Below, one piece after another: positions 8,892-19,425 of a stretch of DNA of 64,000 bases. The translations under genes and the position numbers were made by a program. The notes under the pieces are model-generated. The model was given only the letters and a program-made list of their open reading frames with translations, had not been told where the DNA came from and did not search any database. The first letter of the stretch is position 1. Every line of letters begins with the position of its first letter. Source of the DNA: a virus; the UHGV virus genome UHGV-0180032; one strand, written 5' to 3'.

Positions 8892-10226
8892 ATGGGATAC
8901 TGGCAAAATCACATTGCATCAGTTGCGGATGCAAAGGTTGTAGCCGCAGAATCAATTAAATTCCAAGATAAAAAGAAACTCGCAGAACTGGCAGACATTA
9001 TTGCTAAATTTCGTGCAGCCGGAGACTTCAGTCCGGCCGGTTACGAGAGTTCTGGTGTTTCTGATTGGGTATTTAAAACCAACGGCATTAGCATTAACTT
9101 TAAGAACGGTAGCGAACTCGGTTTATTCGACGTTGCCTTCGCAGGCGTAGAACCGCCTAAACTGGACGCGAATAGCCCGGTAATTGCGTCAATGGCGCGT
9201 GCACTGTACGCAGGCAATAAAGACCTGGACATGTACAGTAAGTTTATTAAAGAAAACGAACTGAACAGTACCATTGACGATTCCAGTGCGAAAATCAGCG
9301 GTGATTTGAGCAAAGTCAGTTCCCCGCTTTACCTGACCCCGGTACTGTTAGGGAAACTGGAGCTCACCGATTTGGAGGTTGCTGCGGTAATCCTTCACGA
9401 AGTCGGACACGTTTATTATTACTTCCGTACGCTGATGCGTACCGTGGTAACGGATTTACTGGCAGACGCTGCGGCTAACCGCATCATGGAAAGCGAAGAC
9501 CCAGCTGTTCGTTTACGTGTGGTTAAAGACGTTGAACGAATGCTGAACACGAAAGTGAATCAGCCTGAGACCATCTGCACTGAGTACAAGAAAGAAAACG
9601 TCTACATGCACCTGGTAACAGATTTGCTGTTAGACCGTCCGTTTATTAGCGGTAGTCAAGGCTTTGCAAACCGTACCTGGGAACGTGCTGCTGACGACTT
9701 CGCTGCCCGCTTTGGTGCTGCCCCGTACTTAGCTTCCGCGCTGTACAAAATGGAAACCAGCCCGTTCTATCTGCTGCGTAACTCGTCGTATATGAACATG
9801 GGTGTCCACCTGACGATTGAGTTGTTCCGTGTGACTGCGCTGATTGCCCAAGCCGCCATTCCGATTCTTCCGGTTATCTCCGTTACGTTTGGCATGATTC
9901 TGAACGACCCAGATAACACCATCTACGATCCGCCGCAGGAACGTTTTGAAGCGATGCGCCGTACGCTGGTAGAAGAACTGAATACCATCAAAGACAAAAA
10001 CACGAAAGCGGCTAACGAGCAACGTAAACGTATTCTGGATGGTATCGCGGTAATTGACCGAATTCTCCTTACGGTTAAAGATAAAGATAACCTGTATCAG
10101 TTTATCTGGAAGACGCTGACACCGAAAGGGCATCGTGACCGTGCTGCGGTGGATTATCAGCGCGCTATCGGGAAGTATATGTCGAATGACCTCCGTATCG
10201 CATCTGCCATGTTTAACGTCGATTAA
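8892..10226 (+). CDS. putative zinc metallopeptidase (HExxH)
   Basis: HEVGH motif in AAVILHEVGHVYYY; hydrophobic segment LIAQAAIPILPVISVTFGMIL; ATG 8892 with AAAGGAAAC upstream. Confidence 0.6.
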   Translation: MGYWQNHIASVADAKVVAAESIKFQDKKKLAELADIIAKFRAAGDFSPAGYESSGVSDWVFKTNGISINFKNGSELGLFDVAFAGVEPPKLDANSPVIASMARALYAGNKDLDMYSKFIKENELNSTIDDSSAKISGDLSKVSSPLYLTPVLLGKLELTDLEVAAVILHEVGHVYYYFRTLMRTVVTDLLADAAANRIMESEDPAVRLRVVKDVERMLNTKVNQPETICTEYKKENVYMHLVTDLLLDRPFISGSQGFANRTWERAADDFAARFGAAPYLASALYKMETSPFYLLRNSSYMNMGVHLTIELFRVTALIAQAAIPILPVISVTFGMILNDPDNTIYDPPQERFEAMRRTLVEELNTIKDKNTKAANEQRKRILDGIAVIDRILLTVKDKDNLYQFIWKTLTPKGHRDRAAVDYQRAIGKYMSNDLRIASAMFNVD

Positions 10227-10240
10227 GTAAAGGTAAAATC

Positions 10241-10684
10241 ATGACGCATAAAGTTTCTCTGAATTCGTTAGTTCTGGATTTTAAACGTGCTAACGAAGGT
10301 AAAGGTGTTCAGGCGCAGCGTGCCCTGACTGGCCTGGTTGCATTCTCGCTGGCGTATAATGCCGATATGCCAGACAACGGACCGTACGGTTCTAACGAAG
10401 TTTCACAAATCAAACTTCGTCCATTGATGAAAAACGTGGTATCCGACGTTAACGAACTTTACTGCGTTGACTTAGGCACTATTGAAGACCTGACCGTTGC
10501 GTTGTTCTGTAACCGTTACGACAGCGCCTGGGGCGGACGTCGTGCAATTGAAAACTTCTCCGTACGTGAGATTTTCAACGAAGCCTTAGGCGATGATGTT
10601 TGGAACACCGTCAACCTGTGGCTGGAACGTTTTGTCGACGCAGTGAAATTCTACATGGATGAAACGCGAGGCAAATTATCATGA
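10241..10684 (+). CDS. hypothetical protein (147 aa)
   Basis: ATG with AAAGG upstream; tightly coupled to neighbours. Confidence 0.7.
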   Translation: MTHKVSLNSLVLDFKRANEGKGVQAQRALTGLVAFSLAYNADMPDNGPYGSNEVSQIKLRPLMKNVVSDVNELYCVDLGTIEDLTVALFCNRYDSAWGGRRAIENFSVREIFNEALGDDVWNTVNLWLERFVDAVKFYMDETRGKLS

Positions 10685-12354
10685 GCATGGAAATGACAGC
10701 AAACATTGCACAACCGCAATGGAAACTCGACGAACTTCCAACCATTATCGAACAGCGAATGGAAGAACGTATCGATTCTGTCAGCCAGCTCAACCTCTAC
10801 ATGCAGCGTAACGAAGCCGATTTGATTTACGGTTCACGTATTATCGCGCAGATTGAAGCGATTCTTCGTGAAGTTCGTAAAGCGGGTCTAAACCGTGACG
10901 TTGCCGTAGCGACGGAATCTTTGCGTCCAGGTACTATTCCGAAAGCGGTGCAGAGCATCCTGACGTCGAACTACAGCCGTACTCATCAGAAAGAAACCGT
11001 CATCGCGCTAGAGTCTTACGCGAACTTCGGTAAGATCAGTCTTATCGTGATGGTAATGATGGGGATTATGAAAATCCTGAACTGGATTATCAGTAACGCT
11101 GTACCGTTTGCAGGGGCTGCTGACGTGGATGGGGACGAGTATCGTGACAAACTCCTAGAGAAGATCGATGCGGTACCTTTCATTGAACGTCTGAAAATCA
11201 CCGCGCTGAAAGAAGCGTATGTGGAAGCGTCGAAGGGACTGAAAGACGGCGAACTGAATAACCTGGAACTGGCTATTCTGATGGCGGATGAAGTCCTGAC
11301 GAACATGAACGCAGAAGACCTGTTGAACAAGCTCAGTGCAGCACTGGGTCGTTCTCCGTTCGTAGGGATGTTTAAAGACTACACGAAACGTCGTCAGAAC
11401 GAACAGCAGGTTATCCACGATATCCTCGATACATTGCTGCGCACTAATGTCGGTTGTGCGGTATTCAGTCAGCAGGTTTGTGACGAAGTGTACAAAGGTT
11501 TACCGGCGGACGTTCGTAAAGCAGGTGTCAACATTCCTAACGAAGCGTTCTACCGCCAGATGGGAAGAAACCTGGAGAGCTTCTCCGCAGGGTTAAAACG
11601 TTTAGAACAGTCGTTAAAAGACCTCAAGACGTATTACTTCTCGGGTGACCGCACGTTGGGCACGGATCAAGAAAACCGCATTAGCGCAACGGGCATCGTT
11701 CAAGCACTGGCGTTGCTTAACGGTGAAATTGAAATGGCATTAACCGATTTTGCATCGTGTCGTGGTGCACCGCTACCAACGATAATGGTGAAATCCGATC
11801 GTGACTTAATCGGCTATTCGTCTCGCGAGTTCGGTAATGGATTCATCATCGCTTCTGCGGGGGTTAACTCGTATTTCGGTTCTGCGGCTAACATGGAAAT
11901 TATGCGCCAGGAGCTGAGCTTTACCAGCGGTGATTCTCGTGAACTGTTAGCGTGTCTGATTACGTTAGTCCGTAGCGGGATTACTAAAGGACCGGCCGAT
12001 ACGTCTCTCGACCGCTTCAAAGTGGTGGAGAAACAGATCGAGAAAGTGGTTAGCCAGTTGAAAGACATGTCTCGTCAATCGCGTTCTGGTATGAACAGCA
12101 AAGCTTGGCAGATGATGGAACAAGCGTTCCGTGACGAAGCACAACGTTCAGATCTGTACGAATTGGGCTTTGGTCGTGAATTGACGACGATGACCGTGAT
12201 GGACCCCGACCGAAACGTGTGGGATTCTGTTGCGTTTACAACGGAACTGATTAAGTCCTGGACAACTGCCGCCGGTGCGCTGGCGACGATTCTGAAACGG
12301 GCTAAGAACAACCCGCTGGTAAAAGGTGGGAAGTTTAATAAACTCGTCGACTAA
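10681..12354 (+). CDS. hypothetical protein (557 aa)
   Basis: ATG overlaps upstream stop (ATGA); long ORF; terminator follows. Confidence 0.7.
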   Translation: MSMEMTANIAQPQWKLDELPTIIEQRMEERIDSVSQLNLYMQRNEADLIYGSRIIAQIEAILREVRKAGLNRDVAVATESLRPGTIPKAVQSILTSNYSRTHQKETVIALESYANFGKISLIVMVMMGIMKILNWIISNAVPFAGAADVDGDEYRDKLLEKIDAVPFIERLKITALKEAYVEASKGLKDGELNNLELAILMADEVLTNMNAEDLLNKLSAALGRSPFVGMFKDYTKRRQNEQQVIHDILDTLLRTNVGCAVFSQQVCDEVYKGLPADVRKAGVNIPNEAFYRQMGRNLESFSAGLKRLEQSLKDLKTYYFSGDRTLGTDQENRISATGIVQALALLNGEIEMALTDFASCRGAPLPTIMVKSDRDLIGYSSREFGNGFIIASAGVNSYFGSAANMEIMRQELSFTSGDSRELLACLITLVRSGITKGPADTSLDRFKVVEKQIEKVVSQLKDMSRQSRSGMNSKAWQMMEQAFRDEAQRSDLYELGFGRELTTMTVMDPDRNVWDSVAFTTELIKSWTTAAGALATILKRAKNNPLVKGGKFNKLVD

Positions 12355-12363
12355 AAAAGAAGT

Positions 12364-12405
12364 ACCCTACTCCCGAAAAGGAGTAGGGTAGCTTTTTATT
12401 TTTTT
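12364..12405. terminator. bidirectional rho-independent terminator
   Basis: stem taccctactcc/ggagtagggta flanked by A-run upstream and T-run downstream; lies between convergent genes. Confidence 0.65.
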
Positions 12406-15358
12406 AGTCTGCGGTGGTGTCGTGACGGTTGTAAACGATAACAACATCGTCTTTCAGACCGATGTCACCACTGGCTTCAATATCCAGTTTCTTACCAATC
12501 GTTGCGCGTGCAGCTTCGGATACCACAGTAAACAGACGCATGTCTTTGTCTGGCCCCATCGCATCCAACTCAACGCCGATAATCGACGTGTCAAGCGTTT
12601 CGCTGAGCTTATTACCAATTTCTGTTGCCGAGATAGTAAGATGTGAACCCAAGTAGTCGTTGATAACTTGAGATGTTTTCTTACGAATCTGCGTTAACAG
12701 ATCGCTGTTGCTACGGTTAGCCGCAGTGAGGTAATAACGAACGGTAAACTGGTTTTCAGCCGGTATCGGTGTAACCACCCCGTCTTCGGTACGTGCATCG
12801 ATATAACCCATCGTGGTGATAGGAACGAAATACCCTTCCGTACGCTCCAACAACATTGGTTTTAACGTCGGTAGAACCACGGTCACGTAGTTAACGATAT
12901 TCTCAATAACTGCGTTCAGATAGGATTTCGCAGACGCTGTGGTAGCGAATTTATAACGTGCGTCGAAGACCGCCATTTCACTACGGAACTTAATAGAACG
13001 GGATTTCGCAATCTTAGGATTACCGTACTCGTCTTTTACTAAGTCCCCTTCGTGGTGCAGGATAATCTGCTGGCCGGTTTCGTCAAGCTTAGGATCACCT
13101 TTACGGTGTTCGTAAGTGATTTGTAGCGGTGGTGTACGGCCTGCGTCATACGTGTAAACCGGAACCCCATTCTCATCACGTTTCACCACGTCAATTTCCC
13201 ACGTCGCTAATACGTCTTTGTCGTAATACTCGTAGTTGATGCTGTCAGTAACAGCACGAGCTTTACGCCAATAGTACGTCATCGCTTTACCCAGTTCGAT
13301 TTTGAATATCTCGTGGGTAATACCGATAGCGTCACGAGAAGGCGCTGTGATTAACGTATCCATCTCTACACGTTCGTAGTTCCCAGGGTAATAACCTGTG
13401 CAACCGTAGAACAGGTTAAAATCTGTCAGCAGTGGAACAGGTGTTTCCGTTGGGTTACTTCCGTTAATGCGAGTGTTGGTCAGTACCAGTTCGTCGTTAC
13501 GGTCAACGTCCAGGTTAGTTTCCAGCAAGAACTCCCAAACACGTTCACTGCCCTGCTTACCGACTAACGTACCGTTAATGTACGCCAAGGTGTTATCGGA
13601 ATTACGAGGACGGAAAGACAGCTGTGCAAAGACTTGGTCATCGGTCAGTGCCTGGTAAGGTGCCTCTGACTTCGTAATCGTACGCAACACATAACCTGCT
13701 TCCGTTTTCTCGATAGTGTAGTCAGCAGTAACGACGCTGAGCTCCGTCGAGACGTTGGTCGCAATAAAGCGTTTGGAGTTTAATAGCGGTTTATCCAACT
13801 GGTAAATACGCACGTCAATCGCTTTGTTGTTAATGTCAACAACGTAATGGAACGGCGTAAACAAATAACGGTTCGTGTTTGCTGCGTTAATCAAGTCTTC
13901 CTTACGCATAGTCTTCGCCAATACCGTCATCTCGGCATCTACAGTCAGACTGGTATCCGTAAAACGATACAGCGTATCAGGAAGAATGGTCAGGCGATTA
14001 CCGTTGACTTTCACTGTCGGGAGATTAACCAGCTCGTTCCAGGAGAAATAGAACGGGGCAGTAATCGTACCAATCGGTGAGCTGACGTTAGCAATCGTCG
14101 ATTCCAACATCGGTGCTGTCATGAAGTACGTACGACTGGTCACGTAGTCGTTAGGTTTAGACAGCGTGAGACCGTAATCGGAAACCGTAGCTTCGAGCTG
14201 CTTTTCCGTCACAGGTAATTTACGTGCACCCACAGCGTTGTTAACAACGCGAGTACGTAAATCGCTGAACGAAAGCTGACTGCGCCCACCCGATAGCATC
14301 TTCCCAGCTTTTGCTGCAAGCTGTTTAATCGAGAACGCTTTAATCGGGTTGATATAGTTCGCGTCGTACTCTTCGTTTAAGTCACGTAGACTGAAGCTAT
14401 ACTCATCAGACGGATAGGCAGAGATGTCCAGCTCCAACGGCCCTAAGGTCGTATAGACGTCCATCCTGATAGTCCCACTGACGAGATTCTTCGCCATGTA
14501 AATAGACGGAATCGTACAACGGATGTTACCGTTACCCACCTGAATCAATGCCGTTGGTGTGTTCGGGTCGTAAACATCCCGGCTGTGGGTGTGCTGAATC
14601 TCTACCCACTTGTTGCTGCCCGTTGCTTTCATCCAAACACGAACGTAGAAGAACTTGTTAGTGTAAGCACGGGTCATGACGAAAGTGTTGTTACCTTCGA
14701 CGGTGTTACTTTCTTCTTTCACCGCGTACTGCATAACCGGGATATGAATAGCCAGCAGCTGTGACGACGTTGTGTTAGTGGACGTTAGTTCCCATTCCAG
14801 TGCGTTTGTGGAAACCGGTGAAATCGGCGATTGTGTTTCAGTAATCCACAGTACCTGGAATGCCGGGTTCTCGTTCGTTCCGTATGGAAGTACACGGATT
14901 TCAATTGGATATTGAATAGCAAACGTGTAACCAGAAACCGTAAAAACGGTGTCACGTGGGATAACGACTTTACGAACCCCCGCGATTTGCAACGGAAACG
15001 CTTTCGAGATTAAGCTGTCAACATCAATTAACAGTAACAGCTCTGTAGTAGCAGGTTGCGCAAAGACGTCAACGTAATCCACGTCTGACATGTGTCGGAA
15101 CAGGTCATCGTAAGTCTGTGCCATTGACGGGAACGTTTTAGGAATAGATTCCTGGAGCCCCATCAACGTCGCGTGCCCCATCATTGTTCCCATTTCTGCC
15201 AAATAAACGACAGGGTCGGTAGGGTCACGGAGATAAATTTGACCATCGGCATCTTCAACATCTTGAAGCTGGTTTAGCAGCATTGTCTGCATCGCCGCAG
15301 GGTTGTGTGCGAACAGCAGAAGTTTCTTTGCCAAAGTATCGTAAGTTGTTGAACTCAT
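12404..15358 (-). CDS. hypothetical large protein (984 aa), possibly virion structural
   Basis: Long uninterrupted ORF; ATG overlaps stop of upstream minus-strand gene. Confidence 0.7.
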   Translation of the reverse strand: MSSTTYDTLAKKLLLFAHNPAAMQTMLLNQLQDVEDADGQIYLRDPTDPVVYLAEMGTMMGHATLMGLQESIPKTFPSMAQTYDDLFRHMSDVDYVDVFAQPATTELLLLIDVDSLISKAFPLQIAGVRKVVIPRDTVFTVSGYTFAIQYPIEIRVLPYGTNENPAFQVLWITETQSPISPVSTNALEWELTSTNTTSSQLLAIHIPVMQYAVKEESNTVEGNNTFVMTRAYTNKFFYVRVWMKATGSNKWVEIQHTHSRDVYDPNTPTALIQVGNGNIRCTIPSIYMAKNLVSGTIRMDVYTTLGPLELDISAYPSDEYSFSLRDLNEEYDANYINPIKAFSIKQLAAKAGKMLSGGRSQLSFSDLRTRVVNNAVGARKLPVTEKQLEATVSDYGLTLSKPNDYVTSRTYFMTAPMLESTIANVSSPIGTITAPFYFSWNELVNLPTVKVNGNRLTILPDTLYRFTDTSLTVDAEMTVLAKTMRKEDLINAANTNRYLFTPFHYVVDINNKAIDVRIYQLDKPLLNSKRFIATNVSTELSVVTADYTIEKTEAGYVLRTITKSEAPYQALTDDQVFAQLSFRPRNSDNTLAYINGTLVGKQGSERVWEFLLETNLDVDRNDELVLTNTRINGSNPTETPVPLLTDFNLFYGCTGYYPGNYERVEMDTLITAPSRDAIGITHEIFKIELGKAMTYYWRKARAVTDSINYEYYDKDVLATWEIDVVKRDENGVPVYTYDAGRTPPLQITYEHRKGDPKLDETGQQIILHHEGDLVKDEYGNPKIAKSRSIKFRSEMAVFDARYKFATTASAKSYLNAVIENIVNYVTVVLPTLKPMLLERTEGYFVPITTMGYIDARTEDGVVTPIPAENQFTVRYYLTAANRSNSDLLTQIRKKTSQVINDYLGSHLTISATEIGNKLSETLDTSIIGVELDAMGPDKDMRLFTVVSEAARATIGKKLDIEASGDIGLKDDVVIVYNRHDTTAD

Positions 15359-16662
15359 CAGTTAGTACCTGCCTCTGTAACAAGACCATTGACGCTGTCA
15401 AGTAATCCTGCTTTCTTGAGAATATATTGATAGTCTGCTTGGTAGACATACCAGGTAAGCTTGCGCCGTACGGAATCGATATGCGGATAGCCGTAATAGT
15501 TAAATAAAGGCAATAACTGTGGCGCGATAGGAACAAGTTGGCTGCTGGCCATCGGGATAAAATTCCCCGAAGCGACTGAGCCGGGTTGTGGGAGCATGTC
15601 CGGGTTAAACATCCCAACGGTTTTGTTGAACATTTCCATGTAAAGTGGATCGTTAAACCGTGCCCCGATTGCTTGCCAGTTGATGTTAATCGTCACGTCG
15701 TCATTTAACTGAGGTTTTGAGTTATCAACGTTCGCCATTTGTCCCGCGTTATCGTTCATCGGCCAGGCTACACAAATTGTCCAGAAACGGGTGATGTTCC
15801 CTAACGCATCGTAACGTAGACCGTAGATACGTGACTGGTAGTCAATGCGTCGTTGGATGGAGTTGCGCATCTTCGGACGGAACTTACCCATCTTAACGCC
15901 CGCCATATACTCCAACCACACGCCCATCATTCTCATTAACGGGTCACCGTAGGGGTTGTTTAGGGACATTGACACAGAGAACGCGTTGTTGATTTCGTGC
16001 GTAGAATCAACCATACCCCATTGTTCACGCATCAACCCTTCGCTGGCCATCCAGTTGTCGACGGACTGATCGGGTGTTCCGCTTAAACTGATCAGCTGTG
16101 TACTGAGTATTGGTATGAACGCTTGTAGATTATCGAATCTTACCTGCGGCATAAACGGAGTACCTAAGCGGTTTCTCCGTATCCCCGTTTTGCTCTCAAC
16201 AGGAGAGTCCGAAAACCCTAGTTCGAAATCAGGGTCGAGAGCAGCAAGTATCGAATAATCTAAAGAGTCCTTAGGCTGCAATGCCATGTTTGACATTTTA
16301 CGCGACTTGGCAATGTTGTCGTAGCACAGGTTGAAATCGGGCCGGGTAATAAATGTTAGACCGCCGTATTCTCGGTTGATTGGCGTGGGGTTAGACGCCA
16401 TCATATGGTTGAACCCCATGTAGGGGTTGGTCAAACGCTGCGCAGCAAGACCCAAACCTACAGTAAGGCGGATACGATCGTTCCATGCCGTAAGTTCGGT
16501 GTTTGCATCGTAAGGTGTCGCCGGATTGTTGTTGCTGAGTCGGTTATTAAAATACCCGGCAACAGAAGGCACCGCGTCCGCGTTATTCGGATTGTGGAGA
16601 GAATCGTCGTAATCAGTATTCGGGTCATACCCCGGATCGTTCTTATCTGTCTCGTCACTCAT
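15358..16662 (-). CDS. hypothetical protein (434 aa)
   Basis: ATG at 16662 with GGAG 6 nt upstream on minus strand. Confidence 0.7.
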   Translation of the reverse strand: MSDETDKNDPGYDPNTDYDDSLHNPNNADAVPSVAGYFNNRLSNNNPATPYDANTELTAWNDRIRLTVGLGLAAQRLTNPYMGFNHMMASNPTPINREYGGLTFITRPDFNLCYDNIAKSRKMSNMALQPKDSLDYSILAALDPDFELGFSDSPVESKTGIRRNRLGTPFMPQVRFDNLQAFIPILSTQLISLSGTPDQSVDNWMASEGLMREQWGMVDSTHEINNAFSVSMSLNNPYGDPLMRMMGVWLEYMAGVKMGKFRPKMRNSIQRRIDYQSRIYGLRYDALGNITRFWTICVAWPMNDNAGQMANVDNSKPQLNDDVTININWQAIGARFNDPLYMEMFNKTVGMFNPDMLPQPGSVASGNFIPMASSQLVPIAPQLLPLFNYYGYPHIDSVRRKLTWYVYQADYQYILKKAGLLDSVNGLVTEAGTN

Positions 16663-16688
16663 CTTTAACTCCGGAGTTCATTAGGAAA

Positions 16689-17795
16689 ATGTTAGAAAAA
16701 ACGTTTGAGACAAGCGTTGTCTCGTTCCTCTCCAGACTTCCCATGCTGTTTCGTTCGCGTGCGGAGTCGATGGAGGAATTTAACTCCGTGCTCTATAACG
16801 AGCACATTACCTTAGTCGAACAAAGCCTGCTGGGTTTAGATTACCTTCCGGGAATTCTGGAGAAAATCCAAGTTTTGCTGGCAGGAAACCAACTTACTGC
16901 AATCTCACTGTTAACGGGTGTGCCTGATGTTGATATTATCGGTACGCTGGATCAAGTAAGTACCCGTCGTAGCGCGCTCGATAACGCAGTGCGTAGCGGT
17001 TCACGCTTAGCAGCACTGGCAGTCGGCGAATCTTCCCGCCTAGGATTACCGTCATACGATAAAATCGGCATTGCTGTAGGTGAATCCACCCGTCGTGTCG
17101 CACAGGAATCCAAAGGTTCCGTTACTGGTGGTAAAGCAGACCCGATTAAACAACTGTTCGATCAGGAAGGACTGTCTAACGGGAAAATGTTCTCTGTAAC
17201 GTTTGAACGTGACGGTAATAAAGTCGAACTTCCAATGCGTTTACGTTTGGACGTTAAGTCTCTTCCGACTGAGCAGATTGAAACTCTGATTGCATTCAGC
17301 GACCAGACGAAAACGTTCTGGGAACGTTGGCTGCGTGCACGTGTAGGTGCACTGAGCTATGTTAAAGACATTGCGTTCTGTAACGACCTGGTAGAAGAAT
17401 ACCGTAAGAACCGTTATCGCGATAAGTCAGGTTACTATCGTAAGATGATGGAGAAGAAAAACGGTAACTGGCTGTCTGGCTTGCTGACGCTGGCACCGTC
17501 TATTAATAACGCTTCTTCTGTCATGGTGGTTTCTCAAGACACTATCGACGGTCTGACTGCCCAGCTAGGCGGTGAGTTTGACGATTTCAATATTCGTCAG
17601 CGTGTCTTCAAAGACACCTTAACCGTCTATTACGTGGTAGTGGACACCGCGTGGAACCGCGTTACTATTTATACTCGCGGTCAGAACGGTTCTCAGGAAC
17701 TTGATAAATCCGATTTCAGCAAAGCGAAGTCCGGTAGCGCCGATGTGAACAAAATCATTGAAGCGTATCGCTCTGGCGCACAGCCAGTTCTTTAA
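16689..17795 (+). CDS. hypothetical protein (368 aa)
   Basis: ATG with AGGAAA upstream; divergent from 15358..16662 across a 26-bp gap. Confidence 0.7.
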   Translation: MLEKTFETSVVSFLSRLPMLFRSRAESMEEFNSVLYNEHITLVEQSLLGLDYLPGILEKIQVLLAGNQLTAISLLTGVPDVDIIGTLDQVSTRRSALDNAVRSGSRLAALAVGESSRLGLPSYDKIGIAVGESTRRVAQESKGSVTGGKADPIKQLFDQEGLSNGKMFSVTFERDGNKVELPMRLRLDVKSLPTEQIETLIAFSDQTKTFWERWLRARVGALSYVKDIAFCNDLVEEYRKNRYRDKSGYYRKMMEKKNGNWLSGLLTLAPSINNASSVMVVSQDTIDGLTAQLGGEFDDFNIRQRVFKDTLTVYYVVVDTAWNRVTIYTRGQNGSQELDKSDFSKAKSGSADVNKIIEAYRSGAQPVL

Positions 17796-17805
17796 GGGGT
17801 AAGGC

Positions 17806-18741
17806 ATGGCATTCCCGAATATGCTCGCTATGTTGTTGCCGAGCTTTGAAGCAACAAACTTGAAAAATCAGCTTTCGTCCAACTGCGATGCAATTGGCGA
17901 ACAACTTTTACCACGTTTCCAGTCTTTACAAGAACTGGTAGCGTCGAAAGAAGGCAAACCGTTTAAATCGAAAACGGTACAAGAAATATCCGATGAAGTG
18001 GTTAACTACCTGCGGACTTCCGGTCTGGAAGCCAAAGGTCTCCGCAATCCATCGATGTTAGAGTACATTGTTTCCTCGATGGAAAACGTGTTGCAGTTGC
18101 GTTCTTTCTTAGACCAATGTATTGCGCGTGACATTGGTAAATCGTTAGTCACGTCTTCAATGACGTTTAATAAATTAACGGTGCTCAGACTGCTTGACCT
18201 GATTGATTTCTTCACAGGTTACAGTGCTACGTTACTTAACTACGTTACCGCAGAAGAGATTGCCGCTGTTGAAGGCTCGAATATTGAAGTGAAGGGCATC
18301 GGTCCGAATGACCTTCAATACCTCAATACTCGTTCGGTCTCTTACTGCATCGCCATCCGTGTTTTGGCAACGCCGGTAAATAAACTGAAAGCGGATTATG
18401 CCGAAATCCCAGAAGCGATTTTCAACGACGAAACTTACGGTGAGTTGGTTCAGCAGTTCGGTTCGGGCTCGACTGACCCGCTGGGAATGAGCAGTGTACC
18501 GTTCCCGATCTCACTGGTACTTCGCGTTCGTTTGAATATTGCTGAAAGGCAGATGGATAAATACGACGAGTGCGTAGAAGCAGCGAAAGCTGCGGAGTTG
18601 CGTATCCTGCTTTACAAAAAGCAAGTAGCGGAAGGTAAGGGAGATGCGCACATCGAAAAACTCATCGAGCTAAGTGAAAAGCATCTGTTGGAACTCAAGC
18701 ATAAGCGTGAGCGTCTTGAGAAGAAATACGGTTTAGCGTAA
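17806..18741 (+). CDS. hypothetical protein (311 aa)
   Basis: ATG with AAGGGG upstream. Confidence 0.7.
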   Translation: MAFPNMLAMLLPSFEATNLKNQLSSNCDAIGEQLLPRFQSLQELVASKEGKPFKSKTVQEISDEVVNYLRTSGLEAKGLRNPSMLEYIVSSMENVLQLRSFLDQCIARDIGKSLVTSSMTFNKLTVLRLLDLIDFFTGYSATLLNYVTAEEIAAVEGSNIEVKGIGPNDLQYLNTRSVSYCIAIRVLATPVNKLKADYAEIPEAIFNDETYGELVQQFGSGSTDPLGMSSVPFPISLVLRVRLNIAERQMDKYDECVEAAKAAELRILLYKKQVAEGKGDAHIEKLIELSEKHLLELKHKRERLEKKYGLA

Positions 18742-18758
18742 ACCGTTAGGAGAGCCTC

Positions 18759-19319
18759 ATGTTTGAGCACGATAGTCCCGATTTTAATGTGGCCGTAGAG
18801 CGCATTAAAACCTATATGTCGATTTTATCAAAAAACCCAATCGACACACACGATGACGAGCTTATTCACAAAACGCTGGAAGCGTGTGCGGTTGTATTAC
18901 CGTACTTTCGTCTGTTAGCTGCTGACTCTGTGCAGCAGGTATTATATGACGAATATCCGCAGGTCGGATTTACCTTTAATACGTTTTATAACGAAAGCGT
19001 AGCCTTCCTGCTTGATGGTAAACGACGCACCGTGACGTTAGGACAGTGGTCCGTATTGCTGTCGTCGTACATGAATGATGTTCGCAATACGAAGAACGTT
19101 GTACAGACGGGCTCATTGGGTGCACGTCTTCTTGCTGCTGCGTTTGGTCGCCGGGGTACTGTACGTAATATGGGTTCCGCTCACCAGTCTGTTGAGTGTA
19201 GCAAACGTCTTTTATCTTATGCAGACCATGAACTGCTGGCACGCTGGATGACACGCCCGAACGGGTTGTCCGACATGATCTCGTCGTTAGCAGTGTTTTT
19301 GAAAATCGCACGTCCCTAA
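18759..19319 (+). CDS. hypothetical protein (186 aa)
   Basis: ATG with AGGAGA upstream. Confidence 0.7.
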   Translation: MFEHDSPDFNVAVERIKTYMSILSKNPIDTHDDELIHKTLEACAVVLPYFRLLAADSVQQVLYDEYPQVGFTFNTFYNESVAFLLDGKRRTVTLGQWSVLLSSYMNDVRNTKNVVQTGSLGARLLAAAFGRRGTVRNMGSAHQSVECSKRLLSYADHELLARWMTRPNGLSDMISSLAVFLKIARP

Positions 19320-19378
19320 GGGGGCCCCTCATTCTAGGGGCGTGTAATTGGGTTATATAACCAAAGGAAATAAACGAA

Positions 19379-19425
19379 ATGGCAAATTTCGCAAAAACTC
19401 GCGCCGCTCGTGAATCGATGGAAGC
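19379..19425 (+). repeat. 47-nt direct repeat, identical to 20727..20773
   Basis: atggcaaatttcgcaaaaactcgcgccgctcgtgaatcgatggaagc present at both gene starts, then abrupt divergence. Confidence 0.9.

Noticed and set aside
16405-16668. Short ORFs on both strands inside the 5' part of gene 15358..16662
   Set aside because: Arg/Ile/Val-rich translations of a repetitive region; no SD; fully contained in a longer supported gene.
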